A DNA stretch of 64,000 bases from Macrostomum lignano (GCA_002269645.1 NIVC01000890.1:353920-417919), one strand, 5' to 3'. Positions 48,311 to 60,995 are shown, counted from the stretch's first letter. Notes: generated from the sequence alone by a model not told the origin. Numbers and translations are program-made.

Positions 48311-48835
48311 ATGGCTAAAGAAGGCGAAGAAGCCAAGGTGGAAGTGGATCTGGTCAACCGCGACCCCAACCAGCTCAATGGTCACCTGAAGGTAAGCATA
48401 GAATGCTCAAATACGACTTTACACCTGAGCATAGTTACTCACCCATACCATGAGCCGCATTCTAACTGACCCATCGGCAACTCTCCCACAAACCTGCAGG
48501 TCGCCTTCGAGGACGTCCTGGGCGAGCCGGAGCACGCGCACTCCATCGACTGCTTGTGGCGCAACTCCTACGGCTGCTTCACTGGCGGCAAGAACTGCTG
48601 CTACAAGTTTGTCAGCGTCCTGTCGGGCCTGTGCATCGCCCTGTGCTGGGGCTGCACCTTCGCTATGGTTGCCTTCTACAACATCTGGTGCATCACGCCG
48701 TGCACCAAGGTCTTCAAGATCTTCATCGGCGTGTTCAGGGAGATGTGGGAGACCTTCTGGGACTGCTGCGTGGGCGCCAAGTGCAAGGCCCTCGGCTACT
48801 GCTTCAGCAGGATCAAGGTGGAGCAGGGCAAATAA
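48311..48835 (+). CDS. CAV: Caveolin A; exons 48311-48391 and 48500-48835 (138 aa)
   Basis: DLVNRDPNQLNGHLK|VAFEDVLGEPE matches the caveolin signature (FEDVIAEP); phase-0 intron. Confidence 0.93.
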
Positions 48836-50036
48836 GCCGCATGCCTCCGCAGGATTTGGGAAAACTAATTTACTTTGGCTTAACTCTGTCTTGCTGATTG
48901 TGATTACCAACAACCTGATTTGATTTGGTTACCAGATTTTTGTACCGATTTTTCCAGCCGTCTATCTTGCTGTCCTTTTTTCAAGACTGTTTCTATTGCA
49001 GCAGAAGACCACTGAATGTTTTTTTAACCATATCTTAGCAGTTTTCTTACTATCAAAACTGATATTTTCAATACAAATACACTATGATAACACTGAGTTT
49101 CTGATAAGATCCTGTCTTACTTTTTAAGGATTAGCTTTTAGAACGAACTAATTAACTGTTAGACTTTGATGAATTTGCTGTTAAAAGCAATTTGTAAAAA
49201 ATATTAGGATATTCAAGCAAATTCGAGGTCTGGCCTTACAATTTGTTTAGAAAAAAACAAATTCAAATTAGCGCCAAGCGTTGCGCTACCAGGCAACACA
49301 CCCTGCGGCGGGGTGGTAGGCTATCGACCTTAGCAACAAGGTAGGGTGGGCACCCCTCTACCCCCTCTCCCTCGCTCCCCCCGCCCTGCTCGAGACTAAA
49401 TTCTCTGGCTGCAACGAGCTGCGTCCAGCCCACTTTGACAAAACAAAAATTGTTGTTGCTATGCCACGCAGTGGCGCCAATTTAAATTTTTTTAATTTGC
49501 TTTCTGACGTGATACAAGTTGCAAAGGCCCGTCCTTTCTCTAAATAAATATCGATCTTTAATACCATTTTATTAGTAAGGGGCTCAATGCTTTCTACTGC
49601 ATGCCGTATAATTATGTTTTAATTAAACCAATAAGAACCGTTTTGATATGATTTAATAGTTATTAAAGAACGCTGACAAAACAATAAATTTAATTAAAAG
49701 TACTTTAGGAGCGACCTCCGTTGTCAGTTACGGATTTTTGTGTAGTTAATTAGTTTATTTGTCAATTCTTGTGAAAAAAATCAGTAAAAATCAGCTTGGA
49801 ACTATAGAACACTATGGTCGCTAATGAAGACCGCCTGCTCTACGGGCACGTCGCGTCTATGCCGCTCAAATTGGGTTCGTACTTAGTTACAAAAATAGCA
49901 AGGTACAAATTGGCTGTAAATTCGAGTTTAGCTAATAAATATCTTAATTAAGGAATTCGATTGGTAGTTTGGTGTTTTTACAGTTATCAAAGCTGCCAGA
50001 CTCCATGCGGCCGCCTTGCGAGCAGTTGGCAAGAGT

Positions 50037-50558
50037 CTAGCCCTGTTGGACCTTGACCCTGCTGAAGAAGTAGCCGTAGGCCTTGCACTCGGCGCCCACG
50101 CAGCAGTCCCAGTAGGTCTCCCACATCTCCCTGAACACGCTGATGAAGATCTTGAAGACCTTGGTGCATGGGGTGATGCACCAGATGTTGCTGAAGGCAA
50201 CCATAGCGAAGGTGCAGCCCCAGCACAGGGCGATGCACAGGCCCGACAGGACGCTGACAAACTTGTAGCAGCAGTTCTTGCCGCCAGTGAAGCAGCCGTA
50301 GGAGTTGCGCCACAAGCAGTCGATGGAGTGCGCGTGCTCCGGCTCGCCCAGGACGTCCTCGAAGGCGACCTGCAGGTTTTTGGGAGAGTTGCCGATGGGT
50401 CAGTTAGAATGCGGCTCATGGTATGGGTGAGTAACTATGCTCAGGTGTGAAGTCGTATTTGAGCATTCTATGCTTACCTTCAGGTGACCATTGAGCTGGT
50501 TGGGGTCGCGGTTGACCAGATCGACTTCCACCTTGGCTTCTTCGCCTTCCTTGGCCAT
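50037..50558 (-). CDS. CAV: Caveolin B, inverted duplicate of A; exons 50558-50478 and 50369-50037 (137 aa)
   Basis: Same structure and near-identical intron as caveolin A, opposite strand. Confidence 0.93.
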
Positions 50559-50919
50559 TGCTGCTTACGAGTTTTCTTTTTGGTAAGGGACTGCGGAATA
50601 CTGAGGTCTGCGGCTGCTGTGGCGCTGCGGTGCTGCGCTCCTTCGGCGCTGCGCCCCAATTTATGCTGCTTTGGCTGCGTTGGACACGTAGTCATGGCTA
50701 CGGAGAGACGCCCCCAGAGCTTGCCTCTCTGGGAGAGCCAGCCCCATCGCATGGAAGCTGCTTCTCGTCTCTCTTCTCAGTCCTAACCCCCTCTGGCAAC
50801 TGCAACCTCCCCCCCCCCTACCGTAGCTGCCAGAGTGAAACAGTTGCTATTGTGCTCAAATGCGCCTAATTCTCTGCAGCCCAACAGTTCTAAAGTGGCA
50901 TCGTTTCGGAGCTTCTACT

Positions 50920-50923
50920 CTCT

Positions 50924-50985
<62 letters not shown>
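50920..50985. repeat. (CT)n microsatellite
   Basis: Dinucleotide run. Confidence 0.95.
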
Positions 50986-50988
<3 letters not shown>

Positions 50989-52579
50989 ATCTTAGCCCTC
51001 GCTAAACCCGTTGCTAGGGGCATTTTAGGGTTGATAATATTTTTCTTTTCTATATGCTTGCAGGCCTTGGGTGCAGTTGTAAGCACAATGGTTTGGCGCC
51101 ATCAAGCAGAGGGCTAAGTATTGTCTACCTTAGTGCGGCTACATCACCGAGCAGAGCGGAGAGGCATTATTTGCGCAGAAACACTTCAATTGACAGTATT
51201 GAATTGCAGAGCTGGCATGAGACTGTATCCACTTCTATAGTTAAGGCGCATCTCAACAGCACAGCCTCCACCCTCCGCTGCAAGCCGAAGCGGGCCTCAT
51301 GAATTGCTTGGCAAGCGCGTCAGGGGTTCGCTGTTTTTGGCCCTCTCTTTAATTGCAGCGGGTTCTTGAGCTCGAGCTACATAGCTATTCGGCTTGTTTC
51401 TATCTCTTGGATTTGTGACAGGGGTGTTTCTCTTCTTTCTAAGAGAGGCTCGGGCGGTGGGCGGGTGGCCGTTGCTACTGGATACGGAGACGCTTCTTCT
51501 CTCTATGCGAGAGCGACATTCGCAAATGAGTTTTTTGGCGAAAGTATAACCGGTGAAATAAAATGAGATGGGGTTTAAACCGAATCATTTATTAATATAG
51601 ATGACTTTAATAACCTGCAGAAAGCACAATGCTACTATAACGCCGGGATCGTATTGCACAGTTCTCCCGGCCCCGGCAATTCCTGCACACAGATTTTGAA
51701 TGCCAAGTCTTGTTTCTCGAATCTAGTTCTACGAGTACCACATGTATACTTTGAAATCTCAGCACAATAGGGTGTTTTAAATCTCACAATCCGTTGAATA
51801 AAGATGACTGCTTTCGTTAAGAATCGTTTAGCACTCGGTTTAATCTCGAAAACAATTGCGGAGATGCAGATAAGCGGTTTTCAGTTCTTAGACCGCAGCT
51901 GCTGAATGAATCCTGCAGCTTGTACAGCTCAAAGCGATTTTTAATTATGTTATACTTATGAACTACTCATGAGGACGACTTGACAATGATACCAATGCGA
52001 TCTTAAACTATTTTGAACTAATACTAAACGCTAGACTTCCATATTTTTCTTAGCTTCGAAAGCAAGTCAGCTTAAGTTTGAAGTTTCACATGCTATCATA
52101 CTGTTCTGTGGGCATAAACATTTTAACTTCAGGCCCTTTTTGAACCGAAGAGACTCAGCACCCTTAGCTGCTACTTACAATAGTAGGCATAGTGTAATTT
52201 CTTTTGGCGTTGTTCCCATTCCATTTCAACATCAGCGCCATCGTTCTGCGCCATGGGGTCCTGGGAAAATCCTAACTATCGAGGTCAGCCACGCCCAACC
52301 CATTCGTTCGCTTAATTCCCATGTAGTCCAAGTTGCTGTGCTGCTTTCTCAGCGTGGGAACTCGTGATTTTCCAACCCAAGAAGTCGCTGTATCGACAGG
52401 CCTCCACAAGGGTGTGGCCGCGTAACCCGCCCTGGCAGCAAAAGCAATGAAAAATTTCGCCTTAAAAGTGAGTGAGCAGCTTTCTCTAAGAGGGTTCGCA
52501 AGCCAGCAGAATAATAAACTGAATTTCTGCTCCGCCTGAAGGAAGTCAAGAACAGCTCACCAGAAGTAGACGACGCGAC

Positions 52580-53350
52580 ATGGGCCGAGACAACGATTCG
52601 CGCAGGAGCGACGACTCCGACCTGGATATGGTCAACCGCGACCCGAACGGACTCAATGCATACCTCAAGGTTGGTCAGCGCAAGTGTTTGATAGCAATAT
52701 ATATAGAAAGTTCCCGGGCTTCAAAAATTTATTTTTGGATTTTCCGTACGGTTTTTTAACTCGATGCTGAAAAGTTGAAACGTCTTTCCATTTAATTGCC
52801 GATACAAGGACCACCAGAAGTTACTGTTGTACATGTATATTTTCTAAAGCTTCTCAGGCTCAAAGGAGTGATTTTTTGAAGGCAAGCATCGCTAAATACA
52901 CCACCGGTAACTTCTATGGTGGTCCTTGTGTTGATACCATTGGTCAACGTTATAAACTAGCTCCCTTAGGCCTCTATGTCTGCGTGTGCTACAGACATGT
53001 CACTGACCTCCGCGCAGGTTGGCTTCGAGGACGTCCTGGCTGAGCCGGACGATGCGCACTCAATCGACTGCGTGTGGCGCAACTCATATCGGTGCTACAA
53101 TGGCGGCAAGAATTGCTGCTACAAACTGCTCACTGTGCTCACTGGCCTGTGCATTGCTCTGTACTGGGGCTGCACCTTTGCTATCGTAGCTTATAACAAC
53201 ATCTGGTGCATCACGCCCAGCATGAAGCTGTTCAAGATCTGCACGGGGGTCTACAGGGAGTGCTGCGTCTCCGTCACCGACTGCGTGTGCGGACCGATTT
53301 GCAGGTCGTTCGGCCTGCTGTTCAGCCGCATCTCCGTGTCCAACAAGTGA
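52580..53350 (+). CDS. CAV: Caveolin C; exons 52580-52669 and 53018-53350 (140 aa)
   Basis: DLDMVNRDPNGLNAYLK|VGFEDVLAEPDDAHSID; same intron position and phase as A and B. Confidence 0.92.
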
Positions 53351-53679
53351 CAGCTGCCGGCGGGCCTGTGAAAGGCGGGACAGTTGACAATTGGACAATT
53401 GTACTCACGCTTACGTAACCGACTGTAGAATGTAATCAAGTGTATTTAGCGAGAATCTTTTTTCAATGTAACCCAATTATTGTATCAGGAAGTTTTTCCT
53501 CGTGAGTTTGGTACACGCAATTTCATTTCCTATGGTTACGTAATAAAAACTTGATAAGTTTGTTTTAATGAGAAGTAAATTCCGATAAATTATAGACGAC
53601 GACAAATTGACAAATTAGCTCGGGATCAAATATATTTTACAACTGGCAGCTATGTTTTAATAACTTATGGCTTACATCA

Positions 53680-53962
<283 letters not shown>

Positions 53963-54791
53963 CCATGGTACATGTACTACTAATAGTACATAGACTTTAG
54001 CAAATGCAACCCAGATACCTGAAGTAAATGAATGTCTTTCTGAATGAATATGCCCAGCCTATGTTGAAGTTCAGAGCGGGTTGATAAGTGAAATGCAGAG
54101 CACTCATCGGAAGATTAGAACAGTTGTCTCCGCTCTGACAGGCGCCATTGCTATGTTTAACCAGGTAAAATAAGCAGTTCTGACACACCTTGTCTGCATA
54201 CGCTTCTACTGATTCGGCCTTGTTTGTCTACAAGTTCGATCGATTTTATGGTCCGTTAATTCCTACAAATATTAGCTCTAACCCGGATGTTAACCTTCAA
54301 CCATGGTTCCATGCATGTAAAATCTAAAAAATCAAGCCATAAACCCGAAACCATTACTTATTTACCCTAGATACTGTGATGCCTGACTGTACAGGTAGAT
54401 GGCTTCAACCAATAAGCAGCGTTTGAGCTTCGATTTAGTCAGCTCAGGTGCTACTGCACGTTCAGTCAATAGACATTCAATAGTTATTAACCACTGCATC
54501 TCTCACGACACATCTATAGCGTTAAGACTTATTTGTCACTGGGAGAAACCGGTTAAAAAAATCTTTAAAAATTGCTTCTTTTTGCTAGCATGAAGCCAAG
54601 CAGAAATCAAAACAGTCTACGAATAACCATAGCTTTCCTGTTTTGTTCTACAATAAGCGCAGGTAACCTGATTGCTTTAACAAATTTCACTTTGACCTGT
54701 CTAGAAGCAGAAACTTAAGTTAAAGAAAATTTCGCTTCGAATTGTAAATAAAAAATGAATAGTTATACGGTTTTATCACTGTATAATAAAA

Positions 54792-55100
54792 GGTTGCAGC
54801 CCAGTGGTTCGAGCGTCGAACTCACGACTTGAAGGTCGGGGGTTCGATTCCCGACCCCACTGGAACAATTTGTGTCTTTGAGCAAGAGACTTCACTCTGA
54901 ATTGCTTCAGTTCACCCAGCTGTAAAATGGGTGCCAGCATTAGCTGGGGTAATTGAGGATGTGTGTGGCGACCCCCCAGTCCTTTGACTGAACAGCCGTA
55001 CGCAGCCTTCAGATGCGCCGCGCAATAGCTGCGGCTGAGCTGTCGGTTGCACAGCTGCCCATTAGGGCAGCTGTAATCAATTATTATTATTATTACTATT
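54792..55100 (+). mobile_element. tRNA-derived CORE-like SINE, copy B (most complete)
   Basis: A box (GCAGCCCAGTGG), B box GGTTCGATTCC at 54841, CORE-like TGTGTCTTTGAGCAAG..CTTCAGTT..CTGTAAAATGGG, 10-bp 3' hairpin at 55051-55074, (ATT)n tail. Confidence 0.88.
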
Positions 55101-55230
55101 AATCAAATTACAAGTGTTGAAGGTCATGCATATATTAATTCGATTCAATTCAACTGACAAAAGAAATCCCTACAAGGTAAATTTGCCTAAAGCCTCAATC
55201 ATATGAAGTAACCTTTCACCAGCTCTGCAG

Positions 55231-57441
55231 AGCGTGTCTGAATTTCAACTGGTGCTGGTTGGCAAGAACAAATCGGCCAAGGCATCATCGAGCTACTCGG
55301 GCACGGCGGATCCCATCCGGGTCAACGATGGCGGGACCAATCAATTCATGGTTCATTCAGCAGCTGGAGATCCGTTGCCATGGGTGATGCTGGATATGGA
55401 GCGGCCGCACGCTGTTTTTGGTGCTCGAGTGTGGAACCGGCTTGACAACTCCTGGTCCAAGAGATTTACTCAGATCAGCTTTGGTAAGTGCCAGCTAAAA
55501 TCTCTGCAGTCAGTGCACATAGTTTTGGTTCAGGGATTAGCGGATTATTAGCGGGGGCGACCCCCGCCTCCCAGCCGTGTCTTCAGACCGCCCCCTGCAG
55601 CTAAGTTGAGCAATTCAAATACAGTTTTGGCACCAAAGATATTCTCTTTGATGCCAGAACCACTCTACTAGAGGGTTAGGGGTAGTTGGTCATCACCATC
55701 AAACTTCACGCCTAGCTGTGGAATAAGTTATAAAAATCTTCGCACAAGGTCGGGGCATCCTAGCAACGCCTTTCGGCGACAACGTCCCTAACAACCAACG
55801 CTGACGTCAATTCTGCCCATTCCGTTGCGACTTCTGAGCAACATGCAAGCGCTACAGTGCTGTACGAAGGCACACACTCATACACACGCTCACACAGGGT
55901 GTACAGGGCGCAATAAATTAAGGTGGTCGCATACTGAATCGAACTAGAGGTCGTGGCGTGAGAGCGAGAGAGAGAACTTGTCTGCCCCATCACCCAGCTG
56001 CTTCGATGCAAACCATTGATTGAGATCCGACAGAGTCCTGGAGATCTAAAAGTCTGCCTGAATCCTTTGGCTTTCTTAAGAAAGACAAAATGCCGATGCT
56101 GCTAATGGCACATTAGAACTGCATTCTGAATCGTTATTGACACAGAGTCCACCGAAACCTCGGTATCACAGACATGAGCTTCAATGCTTTGCTTTTTACA
56201 TGTAAAGTAAAATGCTAAATCCCTTCTTCAAATCTAGCGCGTGTGCATGTCGATTGCAATAATTTGGGGCTTCATTTCTTATGTTTGAACGCGAAAGTCG
56301 CTTATTAAACTATTCCTATATAGTCTCACAATGGCAGCCCTGTGCGATCCACGGATTCCTGAATTGTAGACGATCCAACTGAATTCAGTATTCCTGAGAC
56401 GAGAGCGACTACATCTCGGTCTCGGCTTGATTAACTGAATTTGATGCTGCATTTTTGCTGCATATTTTTGTTACACCTGCCCCAATTGGGCCAGATGTGC
56501 AACCGACAGCTCACCCGTAGCTATTGGCTGTTCAGTCCAAGGATTGCGTGGTCGTCACATACACCCTCAATTACCCCAGCTAATGCTGGCACCCATTTAC
56601 AGTTGGGTGAACTCAACCAAAGCAGAGTTTAGTGTCTTGTTCAAGAACACAAATTATTCAAGTGAGATCGGGAATCGAACCCCCGACCTTCAAGTCGTGA
56701 GACCGACGCTACAATCACTATAGATGACAACCCCATTGCCATATTAATTTTCACATGCCTTGCGAAATTAATATCGACAGGAAGATCCGAATAGGCTGTT
56801 TGCGTCTTGCAAGGGGTTCGCAGCTACTTTTAGATCATTTTCTTAATGACACTCACCTCTGCCACCACAGGTGTGACAAACAACCCCGCCGTGTGGACTG
56901 CATTAAATTCACACCTGTTCCAACTGTGCTTCTACTACACCGATGTGCCCACTGTTGCTGACAACCCGATCAAAGTCAACTGTTCCAAGCCCATTGTGGG
57001 CAGGTATTTCGCGATTTACAAGAACATTACTGGTCTCGAACCCATTTCCCACTACCTCAACATATTCGAAATCGATATCTTAGCAAGTGAGAGCAGATCG
57101 ACATACTTGTGTGGAAATATTTAAGAGTAGTGTCGATAAAAGTCACAAATTTTGCTAAATCGTGAGTCTAATTTAATTTCAGTGGCTAAGGGAGCCTCCC
57201 TGTGCGTCAGCAGTGCTCAGTCCAGCTTCCCAGCTGCATCAAGCGCCCTCCTGACCCGATGGTCCGGCCTGAAGAGCCCTCAGCTGGACTGCATCTTCAA
57301 GTGCACGGCGCAGCCGGCCTGCCTGTTCGCTTTGGTCATTCCTGGAAACGGCGACTGCCCTGCCTTCTGTTCGGACCGAGCGGGGGTCTGGCCGGCTTCA
57401 TCGGCGGCAGCTGCTTCCGCTGCGTCGCCGTTCTTGAGTAG
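55231..57441 (+). CDS. F-type lectin (fucolectin/F5-8C-like) domain protein with a Cys-rich PAN-like C-terminus; exons 55231-55483, 56871-57086, 57183-57441; 5' end unresolved; apparent 1-bp frameshift near 57358
   Basis: GKNKSAKASSSY..RVNDG..HS..PWVMLDM..VWNRLD and NCSKPIVGRYFAIY..LNIFEIDI match the F-lectin fold pattern. Both introns are phase 1 and join in frame. Confidence 0.7.
56470..56733 (-). mobile_element. tRNA-derived CORE-like SINE, copy C (internal ~26-bp deletion)
   Basis: Reverse-complement homolog of copy B, inside the lectin intron. Confidence 0.85.
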
Positions 57442-58731
57442 TTTCCTGTAACGACTTTTAACGCTAAAGACGTAGAAACAAAAAAACTGCAGAAATATTG
57501 AACTGATTGAGTAGGATGTTGCCACCGAACGAATCAATTTTAAAAGTACAATGCCTTATTACAATTTTTGTTGTTATGAATAATGTTTGCAGACGTATTC
57601 AAGTCCAGTTAAGTCGAAACAGTCAAATAGCTACTGACATACCTTATTTCAGTGGGTTGACAGAATCTCTTAATAAATTATTTTTAGACCGTTATTATTA
57701 TTATTATCTGACACTTGGCTGCCATCAGTTGGATTAATCATGAAGTAGTTGATATTAAAGGGAGATTTACTGCAATCTTCTAACGTTTTAGGAGACGGGG
57801 AGCGGTGAAAAAGTGTGAAGTGTCTGATACTAAACAGTCACTATCTGCCTAAACAAATGAAGCCAATTTTAAAACTACAGAGGAGTAACGATTTAGAAAA
57901 ATCATAGATCGAACGCGTACGAAGCAAAAAACTGCGTTTTTTTGAAAATTTTAGGAAGCAGGTTGTACCGAAAAAAAAAATAATTTTTTAATATTAATAT
58001 TATTATATTATCATATTATTATTATTAATATGTTCTAGGGGAAAACTTCTGTCCTATTATTTCACCGTGCCACCAAGTTTTAGCAGACCTAGCTGTCTGT
58101 CTAAGATCACTCAATGCCTACTTTAAATATTCTAAACTATGAATTTTTCCTAGGAATTCCTAACTCACACGATTTCTTAGAAACCTTGTGATAGCGTGTA
58201 GTGCCCGAGCGGTAAGACACTGTCTAATTCCCTAGTTAGTAGTATGAGTTTATGCAACTCTGCCGCACTTGCACTGCGGAGATAGGCGGTAATGTAAAAG
58301 GATAGGAGGGCGTAAAAGAGCCAGCTGAGATAGCCAATGGAAATAAGGGCGTGGGGTGGGTGTGATTGGCTGGGCGGCGCGGGCGGTGAAACGCTTATGC
58401 AACTCTGCCGCACTGGGAGGGGCAGGTAGCAAAGCAAAGCAAAGAATTGGAAGGTTTTTGGAATAGCAGAGTAAACAAATTAAAGCAAGGTAGGCGTGGC
58501 GTGGAAACTTCCACCTCAATTTTGTGCCTGGCCTATGCAACTCCTCACCATCCTCCAATGTGCTTATTGTATAGCAATGCCTATGCAACTCTAAGCGGGG
58601 AGAGGCTCCGCTCTTGAGTGTCTGCCTCTGGCGCACTGGCATTGATAATAAATGGGTAATCAACTTTGTAACGGGTGCGGGGGCTTGAGTGGAAAGGGTA
58701 GGGTTTGGAGTGGAGGTGAGGTTGTTGGTGG

Positions 58732-59658
58732 GCTCTAAAACAGTTGTTCAACTCTGCCGCACTTTCACTGTGCAGGGACAGAGAGGTGAGCTCTAAAACA
58801 GTTGTTCAACTCTGCCGCACTTTCACTGTGCAGGGACAGAGAGGTGAGCTCTAAAACAGTTGTTCAACTCTGCCGCACTTTCACTGTGCAGGGACAGAGA
58901 GGTGAGCTCTAAAACAGTTGTTCAACTCTGCCGCACTTTCACTGTGCAGGGACAGAGAGGTGAGCTCTAAAACAGTTGTTCAACTCTGCCGCACTTTCAC
59001 TGTGCAGGGACAGAGAGGTGAGCTCTAAAACAGTTGTTCAACTCTGCCGCACTTTCACTGTGCAGGGACAGAGAGGTGAGCTCTAAAACAGTTGTTCAAC
59101 TCTGCCGCACTTTCACTGTGCAGGGACAGAGAGGTGAGCTCTAAAACAGTTGTTCAACTCTGCCGCACTTTCACTGTGCAGGGACAGAGAGGTGAGCTCT
59201 AAAACAGTTGTTCAACTCTGCCACACTTTCACTGTGCAGGGACAGAGAGGTGAGCTCTAAAACAGTTGTTCAACTCTGCCGCACTTTCACTGTGCAGGGA
59301 CAGAGAGGTGAGCTCTAAAACAGTTGTTCAACTCTGCCGCACTTTCACTGTGCAGGGACAGAGAGGTGAGCTCTAAAACAGTTGTTCAACTCTGCCGCAC
59401 TTTCACTGTGCAGGGACAGAGAGGTGAGCTCTAAAACAGTTGTTCAACTCTGCCGCACTTTCACTGTGCAGGGACAGAGAGGTGAGCTCTAAAACAGTTG
59501 TTCAACTCTGCCGCACTTTCACTGTGCAGGGACAGAGAGGTGAGCTCTAAAACAGTTGTTCAACTCTGCCGCACTTTAATGTGCAGGGACAGAGAGGTGA
59601 GCTCTAAAACAGTTGTTCAACTCTGCCGCACTTTAATGTGCAGGGACAGAGAGGTGGG
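58732..59658. repeat. 58-bp tandem array (~16 copies) in the Polinton terminal region
   Basis: Unit CTCTAAAACAGTTGTTCAACTCTGCCGCACTTTCACTGTGCAGGGACAGAGAGGTGAG; bracketed by an imperfect ~55-bp direct repeat (GGCGCACTGGCATTG...CTTTGTAACGGGT). Confidence 0.95.
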
Positions 59659-59899
59659 CTCAAGGCGCACTGGCATTGTTAATAAATGAGCAATAAACTT
59701 TGTAACGGGTTGTGTGGCTGATGCCGACGAGCAGCCGCTGCTTGATGCCGAATAAGCAAAAAAGGGGTGGGTGCTCATTCTGACACCCACCCCACTCCGC
59801 TTTGAGGGTATATAAGCCCCCGATTTTTAAATTCAACGGTAAATCTATTTTTTTCTTGAATTCGATTTCACAAGTTTTCGAAGTGATTTTGTGTGAACT

Positions 59900-60631
59900 A
59901 TGGATATTAGTGAAGGTTACAGAGTGCAGGTGCAAGAATTCGAAGGCCAGAAATACATCGCGATCAGGAAGTTTTACCGACATGGCAGCACAGCAAGCCT
60001 CAAGCCTGGTGTTCCTGGTTTCAACTTGAATGTGCAGCAGTGGACGAAGCTAAAGGAGTTAAAGCGCTCCCTGGTGAAGTCGGCTCTGAACAACGAGCTC
60101 AAGGTCATCAAGCTGGGCTTCGACAAATTTGTTCAAGTCAAGGATGGCCTCATCTGGCTGAAGCGGCTGCCTGAGGACTGCTGTGATGAATTTATGAAGC
60201 GCAACACCGTGCCGCTGTCTCCGAGGCTCTGGCAGAAGCTGTGGCAGACTTCGGACTGGATAGACCAGCAGCTATCAGAGCCCTACCAAGGTGCGGGGGC
60301 GAAGTACGAGCTGAGCTCATCCGAAGATGAGGACGAAGACGCCACCCTCATACTGCCGGTCAAGACTGAGGCTGCTGAAGGCGAGGAGGAGGTCGGCTCA
60401 CCATCGGAGCTGACAACCGACATCGAGGCTGTGACTTCCACACCTTTGGCCAGAGCCGGCACATCGACTGGGAACATCCCGGCGGAGGACACGGACCTAC
60501 AGCAGGATCCGGTGTGGTACCGATTCCGGGCTCATGCCGCTGAGGTGGAGAACAATCGGAAGCGAAAACTGCCGTATCCTCTGCGCAGGCAGGAGACAAT
60601 GAAGGTGTCTAAGCTGCGTTTTGAAGACTGA
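59900..60631 (+). CDS. Polinton PC4-like (Sub1-type ssDNA-binding) protein, 243 aa
   Basis: YRVQVQEFEGQKYIAIRKFY..LKPGVPGFNLNVQQWTKLKE matches the PC4 motif pattern; possible second degenerate copy; acidic tail; TATATAA at ~59810. Confidence 0.75.
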   Translation: MDISEGYRVQVQEFEGQKYIAIRKFYRHGSTASLKPGVPGFNLNVQQWTKLKELKRSLVKSALNNELKVIKLGFDKFVQVKDGLIWLKRLPEDCCDEFMKRNTVPLSPRLWQKLWQTSDWIDQQLSEPYQGAGAKYELSSSEDEDEDATLILPVKTEAAEGEEEVGSPSELTTDIEAVTSTPLARAGTSTGNIPAEDTDLQQDPVWYRFRAHAAEVENNRKRKLPYPLRRQETMKVSKLRFED

Positions 60632-60995
60632 GCTGGAGGTTGGATGAGACTGATGAGACTCAAAGGATAATTCAGTTTGGTTTGCCTTTGTCTAATTTTA
60701 TTCAGCTAAGTTAAGTTTTGACAATTGTCTTAACCGTTTAGTCTTATTTATTCAGGTGTTAACAAACCAAGTTTATACTTAAATGCATGCAATTTATACT
60801 TATTTGCACTACTCAGTGTTACTATTTCCTGCAATCTTCTTTTTAAGATCACCAACTGTTCGCAGTCCCTAATTTAAAAAAAAATATAATGAGTGTACGC
60901 TGTATGAGTTTAATATTGGAATATAACATGTCTTTTAAAACGCCAATCGTTGTTCTTAAGAAAAACATACCTGTGTACATCTGGTTCTTTTTCAT

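Noticed and set aside
54792-54860. tRNA-like sequence with A and B boxes
   Set aside because: No complete cloverleaf; it is the head of a SINE present in three copies.
57755-58126. TTAA-flanked non-autonomous DNA transposon (partly similar to 33500-33590)
   Set aside because: Terminal inverted repeats are too weak to support boundaries.
58732-59658. Regular array resembling a CRISPR locus
   Set aside because: Units are contiguous and identical with no unique spacers, no cas genes, and the context is eukaryotic.
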